Below are positions 38,601 to 48,340 of a stretch of 64,000 nt of DNA, piece after piece (the first letter of the stretch is position 1; each line of letters opens with the position of its first letter). The notes under the pieces were generated by a model that was given only the letters and a program-made list of their open reading frames with translations, was not told the DNA's origin and ran no database searches. This DNA comes from Catajapyx aquilonaris. Its lineage: Eukaryota. The translations under genes were made by a program, and so were the position numbers. The DNA is taken from the NCBI GenBank assembly GCA_000934665.2, contig KZ538515.1, positions 1 through 64,000 on the forward strand, given 5' to 3'.

Positions 38601-38782
38601 CACCCACACACACACACACACACAGACAGAACCACGATAATTCGACAAAATGTTCGAACTAACGAGGTTACTTATATACCTACATCATCATGGAAGACAA
38701 CAAAAAAGAATACACGACCCACATTTTCAGCTGTGTTGATTGTTGTGTGTAATAAATCCCACGTTGTTCTGCTCGGTGGAAT

Positions 38783-38845
38783 CATAGGAGAGAGAAAAAG
38801 ACTGACTGTCGGTCACCCACGTCGAGCCTGCTTCTCTCTCCTATG
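38783..38845 (-). ncRNA. mir-14: microRNA precursor mir-14 (mature 3p 38784-38805; predicted 5p/star 38821-38842)
   Basis: Minus strand 38805->38784 reads UCAGUCUUUUUCUCUCUCCUAU, identical to insect miR-14-3p as I recall it. It pairs with AGGAGAGAGAAGCAGGCUCGAC across a 14-15 nt loop. A lower stem UCGGUG/CACCGA, a loop-proximal GUG and a CNNC (CAAC, 38766-38763) 18 nt past the 3' end are present. Confidence 0.95.
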
Positions 38846-39199
38846 CAGTGCACACCGACATTATCGCCGCCATTTTTGTTTCAGGATGTCCTCTTCTGGT
38901 TGTGTCACCGAGTCTCTTATACTACACTCCACTACAAGGGGGGGTCATGGTCGTTCGCACTGGGGTCACTGCCACTACCCCAGTGGTCGACCTCAAGGTG
39001 GATGGACTTGGCCGGTTGGAACAACACACACTGTCTTCTGCTTCTTCTCTGGAGGAAGGACCGGGCTCAACTGCCACAGTGGGACGCTTGGGATGGCAAT
39101 GGGGATGTGGCATGTGGGNNNNNNNNNNNNNNNNNNNNNNNNNNNNNNNNNNNNNNNNNNNGGGGGGGGGGGGGTGCTACCGGACACATTGCGAAAAAC

Positions 39200-39480
39200 G
39201 GACGCCTCGCAGATAGCGGCCTGCAACGCGAGTGAGCCGCCGTTCCATGGAAGCCACGGAGCCAACATTTCAAACGCAGACCACGCCCCTCTATTGCAGC
39301 TCCGACCAATCCCAGCAGTCTTCTACCTCTCTCTACTATCCCCAGCCAACCACCCCCACTATCCACCGCGTCCCCTTCTACCCTCTCAGCCACCCCCTAC
39401 TCCCCCCCCCCCTTCCCGCGCAAAAAATCCTAGAGGGGGGGGGGCGGGGGGAGGGGGCGCAGTGTTGCCAAAAGCAGGAT
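39200..39480 (-). promoter_or_regulatory. Candidate proximal promoter of pri-mir-14
   Basis: GC/CpG-rich segment ~0.4-0.6 kb 5' of the hairpin on the minus strand, with Sp/KLF box CCACGCCC (39281-39288), CCAAT (39306-39310), poly-C/poly-G tracts and CAGTGTTGCCA (39460-39470). Confidence 0.45.
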
Positions 39481-40617
39481 CCGACCTTCCTCACCATGAA
39501 ACGCGGTTGTCCACTGCCCGTATTTTTCGGAGGCAATGGGGCGGCCGGTACCGGTACCGGTCCTACCCTAACTTGGTTGGCCGGAGTGGGTGGCAACTAG
39601 GGTTAGGGTAGGGTAGGATATCACATTGAAATTACAGGCTAAGTTATACATAGTCCTAGCGGTTGGTTGGCTATCGATCTCTACGTGCGAGCGTGGGGAA
39701 AGGGGTGGGTAGATGCGGGGGAGGAGAATCCGGAGTGGGGAGGAACGGGCGGACGGGTAGATGTGCGGGGAGGTATCGACTCAACCTCTTCATCCTAATT
39801 CCCAAAAACCGCTATTGCTTTCTACCAAACACTGGTTTTTTTTAAAGGGGCAATGTGGCAATGTAGCCGCTATTATTTTTACACCGTAACTGCTGGGACA
39901 TCAAAATATATATATAAAAACGGGTGTCCTTCACGCATGCGTATGGTGGCCATGGAATTTGGTCGTATTTATGGCGCATTGACATACGTGCGGCTTGATA
40001 CACGCATAGTTCCAGGAAGAATAGATTGGGGGGGGNNNNNNNNNNNNNNNNNNNNNNNNNNNNNNNNNNNNNNNNNNNNNNNNNNNNNNNNNNNNNNNNN
40101 NNNNNNNNNNNNNNNNNNNNNNNNNNNNNNNNNNNNNNNNNNNNNNNNNNNNNNNNNNNNNNNNNNNNNNNNNNNNNNNNNNNNNNNNNNNNNNNNNNNN
40201 NNNNNNNNNNNNNNNNNNNNNNNNNNNNNNNNNNNNNNNNNNNNNNNNNNNNNNNNNNNNNNNGGGGGGGGGGTCTATCCATTGTGCATAGAAATAACCT
40301 ATGGTGTCACAAGTGCTCATAAATAAAGGAATTTGCCTTCGAGCCCATAAAATATCTGCGAGTTATTTTTGCAACCGTTTTTTGATGCAAAAAGGGCTAG
40401 CACATCAGGCGTGTACAGTTACCTTTCTAATGTTCTTTTTCACTCATGATGTCATCCCGCAGAGTGTCCGGTGAAGTCAGCCTGCAAGGATTCAAATCAC
40501 TTGTATAGCTGTTATCTGGCGACATGGGACAATAAGGAGATGAAGGACTATATAGTTGATAAGCTAATATCCCAGACCCCCATTGTCTCTATAGAGGAAT
40601 TTCGAAAACACGCAATA

Positions 40618-40669
40618 CAGTCGCGAGCATAAAGATGTGGACGCGTCCACATCTTTATGCTCGCGTATG
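40618..40669. mobile_element. Collapsed Tc1/mariner MITE: two TIRs fused into a perfect 44-bp palindrome (40622-40665)
   Basis: TA-CAGT-cgcgagcataaagatgtggacg|cgtccacatctttatgctcgcg-TATG-TA. Confidence 0.7.
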
Positions 40670-42542
40670 TACCACTGACACTCCCAGCAACAGGGGCAGT
40701 GAACCTCCCAAAATTACTGGTTGGTAGAACTGGTTGCAACAAATTGCCCAAAAATTTGAACCAGGTCATCCGCACAATTCAGCAAACCGAACTGAAACTA
40801 TTCTAAAACTCTTACCAAACATGCGTACATTAAAAAAAAAAAAACGGCTGCGTGTCCATGGTCACTTTGATTGCCGCCCCAACCATCGGCAACAGCACTT
40901 AGTGAGCAACCAACCAACCAACCAACAGCCATATCAAGGCTTCCATTTTTTTTTCTCCCACCGCGTGTCCTCCCTCAGCGTGCCAACCTTGAGATCCGCC
41001 AGAGTTGCCAATACCTTACGCGCAGTTGCCTTTTACTTTTAATCAAAAATTTCACTTTCGCCCTCCCCTCATAATAAAATACCGCATATATCCGGATCGT
41101 ACCGGTTCAAACCGTTGATGCTACGGTGTCCATTTTGTCTCCATAATGGCAGTTTCCGTAAGTTGGCCGGATGTGCCAAGTGTGCATCTTGCGCAAGTGT
41201 TCTGAGAAGGTGGCATACCGGTACACGTGAAATTTTATCAAGACGCCGACCTTTGCTGACGCACATCCGTGGTCTCCTATCGCAATACTGGGGCTGTAGG
41301 GGAAAATACCCGGTTTTTACCATTTTTTGGGGAGAGGTTACACATGGAATGCGTTTGGCATGAAGTACAGACACCGCATACCTCTGCACGATATTCGCGA
41401 ATGAGTCAACGGCTGGCAGACTCATAATACGATCGTTGCCTCCCCTGTGTCGATTATATAAGCGTCGGATGGTAGTTACAGAGCGCCCCCCCCCCCACCC
41501 CCCCGAAGGACGAAAGTGGGGTAAGGGCCGTTGTCCTTCCATCGGGGTGCTCGACGAAGGTCACCTGACTTGCAGTCCCCACCCATAAGAAAAACGGCCA
41601 AACCGGACCGGTCAGGCTTGACCTTGTGGCCCGGCCAAATCTCTTTTTTATTACTTATCCTCTTCCGATAAGTCGTTTATCCCCTCAGTTTATGTAATCC
41701 CACACCGACCTCAGTACTACTACACAGGAAATTGTAATCATGGCGGCCGGAATGGGCTTGCAAAACTCAGATTTGGCAACATGTATTGTGTCACGTCACT
41801 TCCGCCAGTAAGGTCATCTCGGAGGGGGGGGGGGGGGGAGGTGTTACAACCGAAAATGCGTCTTCTGGGAACCGTGAATAATAATAACGAATTGCACGCG
41901 ATTACAGTACTGGTGTCTTTGCAGTTATCCCACAATGCGGCGTGCGATTTTTTTTTTTCTGTTACGAGGCTAGCAGATCTGAATGATACCCGAAACGAGG
42001 ATGGATGGCCAGTTATCAAATGGCCGGAAATCTGTTCCGGAAGCGGGGGCGGAGAAACCAGATGCCAATCTAAAACCCTATGTATTTTTTTTTTTGCTTT
42101 TTTGTGATTGCAAAACTGGACACACCTGTCATCATAATCCCCGCATGGTCTTTATTTTTTTATCATTTTTCCTTCCCCCCCCGGTTTTTGCAATCTCCCC
42201 CATGGAGTTAGTCACGTGATGACGCATCAGGCATGCCAATGTAACAATTTCGTAAACATTCGCACGTGTGTGGCCGTGTGGGTATAGCACTGGATACACG
42301 TGCACGACTGACAATAATGGAGGCAAATGGTGCACTTTCACCCTATTACAGGACGCCTCTATTGGCAACCTTGGCCCTGACAGATTTCGACTGAGGGGCG
42401 ATATACAAGAGGGTGAGATGGAGGGAGGAAAAATTAGTGAGGAAGGGCAGTTGTTATTGGACGCTGCAGGGTCTTCTGCCATTGGTCAACACTCTTTTGG
42501 AGCCTCTGTAGCACGCCATTTTGAGGACATGTGGAAGAAGTC

Positions 42543-42604
42543 AAAAACCAAATCCAAATTTAATACATCAATATATTGATGTATTAAATTTGGATTTGGT
42601 TTTT
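42543..42604. repeat. Perfect 62-bp spacerless palindrome
   Basis: aaaaaccaaatccaaatttaatacatcaata|tattgatgtattaaatttggatttggttttt. Confidence 0.95.
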
Positions 42605-44356
42605 CACACCTGAATTCATTTTATAACGATGTACTGTATACGCCCTAAAATATTTTCGGATATATATGCCCTACCTATAGCTACTAGATATAACTAGGCA
42701 TAGTTATAGCATGAAGTCGACCATGCTGTAACCTTTACAGTATGGAGTCAGTAACAACTTGGGAGCGTTCAGTGTGAATAAAAGTTAGAGGCCTGTATAA
42801 TGGGATAAGTTTGTGAAGACCTGAAATGTATAATGATGAACGATCAGTCACACTGGAATGATTTTTAGATATGAAGGGTTGAATCGAGTTTGAAGATTGA
42901 ATTATCCTATATATAGGATAAACTTTTCCTCCTCCCAAACATTTCTCTAGGGAACTGTGCATGTGATATAATCAAATCCACTGTACACGTCAAAGAGACT
43001 GTATTCCGATTTATTTCCACCTAATTGTTAGCTACTTATTGGATCGTTATGCATTTCAAGTCTTCGGTTGTATCAAAGAAAGGCAGGGTTTTCTTCTGTT
43101 GATATATCCTTAGGTTATTTCGAATATGTACTGGGAGTCAAAATAATGTTTGAAAGTGTCTTGTGTATTTTCTGCATATGTATATTAATATATTGATGAA
43201 TACCTGTAATATACTATAGAATATAAAACAATAAAATGAATTCATATACCAAGCATTTCTCACCTTACCCCTGTATTTTTGGACATAAGCTTAGAATATT
43301 CCATGTCTTTTGTGTTATAATTTGTGTTATGATTCTTTTGAAAATTATGAGTTTTCTTTCCCACTATAGGTGGCCTATAAAGTGGTGCATAACGAATCTA
43401 TACATCTAAATTGTCCATCAAATCATCATCCAAATGTCCATTTCCACCTGGAATTTTTGAAGAGTCATCACATAATTATACCATGCAGAAGTCGACGAAG
43501 AGAGACAATACTGGATAGGTGAGTACACGCCATGCTGACACAATGGAAAGTACAGAATTGACTTGGAATGCACGAGCACAAAACGAAACGAAAAAGTAGA
43601 GGTACACCATTTCGTAACATAGTCGGAAATCGATGTGCACGACCAAGAATGCTACAGGCCTTCAGCCTCTTAGGAATACTGGATAAAATAATCATTGTCA
43701 GCAGCACGGTAAGTTGCAGCTTTGTTCTTTACGTTAACGAATTTTGTATACCTCTTCCTATCGGTGCCGCAAGATAATTTTTAGTGGAGGTTGTTCCTAA
43801 AGTATATACTGTAGCATATATATATAGGTCATATAGATAAGAGATTGAAAACACGGCTTTTCCTCTGTATATACGTATAGGCTATATGCTATATCTATTC
43901 CCTGATTGTGAAAATGAGCGTACAAATATGGGTGTAAAATAATGCAACGTGATTCTGCAATTTATCCTGTTAATTTGAAGATTTGACGTGCCGAACCATG
44001 CGAGTCACATTTTGTGTTGTGTATAGATTTCGACGAGTATACGAACTTCTGATGGTGAAGTGCTCCGGTTGAAAAAATTATCCAAATATATAGGGATAAT
44101 GGAATCTTCAAGGTTCAACGCCTCGTATCTCGAAATCATTCCATCAATGTGACTTTGCTGTTATACATTTCAGGCCTCAATCAATTGGATGACAGTGCAG
44201 CAAAATGGCAATCGGAAAGTCCACTGACATATGGTCAAACAATTAACGATCCACACATCATGCTCAAAATATACCGTATAGATTTTACGCGAGGAAAAGG
44301 AAAAAGGACTGGAACGGTCGGTATATAAGTAATAATATATTAATTACAAGATATTA

Positions 44357-44640
44357 AACCGAAGCAGGTTGGTGTAGGGGTTAAGGAGCCAGACTACTAA
44401 TCGGGAGGTCCTGGGATCTAATCCCGGGGCCGGCAACTCTGACCGTGATTTTCTGTGGTTTCCCACGGTCCTTCCAGGAAAATTCCGGAGTTGTTTCCGT
44501 AATTAATAGGCCACAGCCGCTTCCTTCCGTCCCTATCCTATCCCAAAGAGCACAGTAAAATGAAAGCAAAGAGTTCCAGGCAAAACAAACTTCCCCCCTA
44601 AAGAGCCGAAAAACGGCTGATAACGGGGTATGAATTATTA
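44357..44640 (+). mobile_element. Full-length SINE, family B (short form)
   Basis: 16-bp TSD TAATTACAAGATATTA (44341-44356, 44641-44656). The head and ggccacagccgcttccttcc domain align with 16034-~16215; the middle is shorter and different, followed by a ccccctaaa...taacggggta tail. Confidence 0.85.
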
Positions 44641-45289
44641 TAATTACAAGATATTATAATTACGTATAATCCCCCCCCCCCCTCGTATACCTAATGGTTT
44701 TGAGAGTTGGTCTAATTCAACTTTAGTCAGTAAGCTTCTCAATAGCAATAATGACTTCCAGAAAGTATAAGGTATATAGATTATACCGGTATATACAGTC
44801 GCGGCACAGCGAGAACGTTGCGCAACAATAGGGAACAAACCAATAGGAATCATATTCCCGGTTTGACCTACCAGTACGCCTACAACATCCTTCACTCCTA
44901 TTTATACCTCAAGGAGAGATTGGGAATAGAAAAGGGAAGGTGGGTGGCGAGGGAAGCTGTAAGGGGACAAGTAGACTATAATTACGCGGAGTTCTTCTGT
45001 TGTATGCAGTATATACACAGTGCCCAATATATGAAAAGATTTTCTCCCACCATGCTGCAGGAAATGCTTTGTGGATGGTATACACCCACGCTGTTGCTTT
45101 TTATATATCCTTTATAACTACTGTAGCATTTATTGGACTTGCGAACAATGCTTGGGACCATTTTGGCTCGTACAGTACATATTGAGCACAAAGTGAAGTA
45201 ACTGAATGTATATAGCAATTTTATAGAGGCCTACACACGCATGAATTCATCCTCTCTTGATGCAGTATGTAGTATAGATGTCTATATAC

Positions 45290-45921
45290 CAGGGTGATTC
45301 CGGGTAACTTTGGCAAAAATCACAGGGTGGGTAGAGGCCCCATAGGTAAGTATTTTGAGCTTCGGTACCCATGTCCGGAAATGCCCCCATACGGGGGTAC
45401 GGCCGTTTCCACCTTTAGTATGTTGCGCCTGGTGGGTAGGCAACCTCGAACGCCATAGAGGGGATTCATAGACAAGGAACGGGTGCGCTCAGACGCTTCA
45501 CGCGGGAGGCGCTAGGCGAGAGGACTGTTTTGTTGATAGATGGCGCGCAGTTGTTCCCAGGTTATGGCGCATCACGTCGTTGTAAGCAAACAACGACGCG
45601 ATACGCCATAACCTGGCAACAACAAAACCGTTGTTTACTCTCCACACGTCTCCAACAGGAGGCGGACTTTAGTTGCTAGATGGCTCTGCTGTTGCCGGGT
45701 TATGACACATCGCATCGGTGTTTACTATCCGAGCGTCATCTATTAACAGAACAGTCCGCTCGCCTAGCGCCTCCCGCGTGACGCGTCTGAGCGCACCCGT
45801 TCCTTGTCTATGAACCCCCTCTATGGCATTTCCGGGCACAGGTTCCTATGTCAAAAAAAAACTTGTCTTTGTCCCCTATATTATCCCTGCAAATCTTTAC
45901 AGAGTTACAGGAAACATCCTC
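45290..45921. mobile_element. Tc1/mariner-type palindromic MITE, related to 46073-46634
   Basis: CAGGGTGATTCC left end and degenerate gaaacatcctc|ta right end. Its internal inverted arms (ggaacgggtgcgctcagacgc...) are shared with the adjacent element. Confidence 0.8.
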
Positions 45922-46072
45922 TATGCTGTACTTTCCAGCAGAAATCATTTCTGCATTTTAAATAAACGTCTATTCCGCTATACCCTTTCCCTTCAGGAAC
46001 TGCTGCTATTATTGACTTTCATAGTATAAGCCTAACATGTACTAAACAATCCTATGTATGAGAAACAATATA

Positions 46073-46634
46073 CAGGGTGTAAATGAATTCAGCCGACAAA
46101 CTTGTAGGGGTGATAGAGGGGACCAAGACAAACATATTTGACATAGGAAACCGTGTCCGGAAACGCCATCTAGAGGGGGTTCATAGACGAGGAACGGGTG
46201 CGCTCAGACGCTTCACGCGAGAGGCGCAAGTCGAGCGGACTGTTTTGTTGATAGATGGCGCGCAGTTGTTGCCAGGTTATGGAGTATCGCGTCGTTGTAA
46301 GTAAACAACAACACGATACGCCATAACCTGGCAACAACAGAACCGCTGTTGACTATCCGCGCGTCTCCTGGGAGGCGCACTTTATTTGCTAGATGACTCT
46401 GTTGTTGCCACGTTATGGCACATCGTATCGTTGGTTACTATCCAAGCGCCATCTATCAACAAAACAGTCCGCTCGCCCAGCGCCTCACGCGTGACGCGTC
46501 TGAGCGCACCCATTCCTTGTCTATGAACCCCCTCTAGATGGCGTTTCCGGACACGGTTTCCTATGTCAAAAATATTTGTCTTGGTCCCCTCTATCACCCC
46601 TAGAAGTTTGTCGGTTGAATTCATTTACACCCTG
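46073..46634. mobile_element. Tc1/mariner-type MITE, ~190-bp TIRs, TA TSD
   Basis: TA|CAGGGTGTAAATGAATTCA ... TGAATTCATTTACACCCTG|TA. The mirror ORFs 46083..46304(+) and 46382..46624(-) simply reflect the two arms. Confidence 0.92.
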
Positions 46635-47899
46635 TATAGGCTATACTGTAATTATACTACGTCAGAAACGAGATTATAGGCTCAAATGACCAAACTACTT
46701 ATGACAATGAGAGTAGCCAGAAAAAAAATAGTGTTGCAAAAAACCGTATTTTCCGGATCGTAGTCCAATAATGAAAAAAGCCTTTTTACAAAAAATGTGG
46801 ATTTTTCCTGCCAACGGCGAACTTTTCCAAAATTCCTTTTTTTAACAAGTCCATTGTCCATTTATCTATTATAACTCATTACTGACATCACCTGATTAAA
46901 CAACTCAAAATCGTATTACTGACAGTCATAAATCTGGGAAATGGGCCTGTCACTGCGTCGGCAGTGCTTACTTTTCTGGGGATTCCCCGAAGGGCAGAAA
47001 GGTATATTGCAGGCCCCAATCACACTGCAACAGCAGATTTCTGCAGGGATTCCCCCTCACTGATTGGCCCAGAGATCAAGTATAGGAGCCAAGCAAATAT
47101 TACAGTAATTTTTGAGGACTTGCATAAAAATTATTCGCCATAAAAGTCGTTAAACCGTTATTATTAGACCCACTTCAGAATACTTTGTATACTGTATCAG
47201 CAAGAAATGATACACATCAGCCTTATACATCAGTAACTCCCGCATGCTGGCAGGTATAGGGCAATTCCCCTTGACCTATTCCAGAGACCAAAATACCCTG
47301 ATGCTTCATATTGGCTAGGAGGCCTCATTATACAGCAGGAGGCGTACGGCGGCAATTCAGTTTTGGTAATGCCCCCATGTGAATGACAGAGAATAGCCTA
47401 CAGGTTAAACCACTCGGGTATCATTGTGGGTTATGTGGTTTCATAACCATCAGGGTATTCCTTCTCATTCACATCACATAATTGCAGCCATGTGTCCCCA
47501 TTCAAATACTATTTTCTTGAAATAGATCAGGAATTTCCCTTACTTCCTTATCAAGAAAATCGAAAAATAAAGGGTCAGTGGGACATAAACAAGGTCACGT
47601 AATACAGTAATGGTTATAATTTGTATATGATTGCTATTAATAGTTCAGAAAATCGCGAGTCACGAATAGCTCCTAATTATTTCACGGGATTAGGCTATAA
47701 CTGTAAGCTGTTATTCGTTTTCCGCATACGCAACTACTACTATACATTTAATCTACGACTATTACAACACTCGCCATTTATCAGTTGCTATTTGCGTAAC
47801 CATTTCCCAGCACTTGTTTTGACTCAGCACGATGCCCATTATTTACGCAACAACATAATGGCACTTGCCATTAATTTGTCTACATTCAGTAAGATTTCT

Positions 47900-48340
47900 T
47901 GCCGGATTTTTGATGGCAACGGAAAAAAATGGTCCCTGAAATGCGAGGTGTTCAAAGTGTTTAACCGACCTTGGTGAAGTGGCTATTGTGCGAATCCGAT
48001 GCATTTTTCTGATGACTCTCAACCCAACAAGTTCAGACTTTGTTCAGGTCATGCTGATGGGAACTCGACCAAAATGGCAGTGCTGCATACGACCTCAGAT
48101 AGGGAACTTGACTGTCAATTGCATATTGTCCCCACGACAAGTTCTTCCACTTAATAAGCATTTTCTGATGTGAAAACGACCTTCCAGATATAGAGTGTCA
48201 TCATCCACCCTGTTCTGCTGACCATGTTTGAACAGGATGATGACATCTCTATAGCATACTTGATATAGCACTACTATGGAGCGAAATTTTTCTCCCAAAT
48301 GTTTCAATTCATGAAGCAAATTTTCGGAAATTTGAATATA
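47900..48340 (-). pseudogene. Decayed mariner transposase, N-terminal (HTH to WVP linker) region
   Basis: Across frameshifts and stops the minus strand gives LHELKHLGEK...LFKHG..RVDDD...TSENAY*VEELV...KV*TCWV...KMHRIRTIATS. The order matches mariner IHEEL..LGE...FKRG.TSVEDD...T.ENI.KVEELV...KVCARWVP...QK..R. Confidence 0.6.

Noticed and set aside
38733..39611. 292-aa plus-strand ORF, the longest in the track
   Set aside because: It has a non-ATG start, spans an N gap and poly-G/C tracts, shows no recognisable domain, and runs antisense across the mir-14 hairpin.
39597..39616. Telomere-like TAGGGTTAGGGTAGGGTAGG
   Set aside because: It is too short and irregular for an interstitial telomeric array; at most a G-rich promoter tract.
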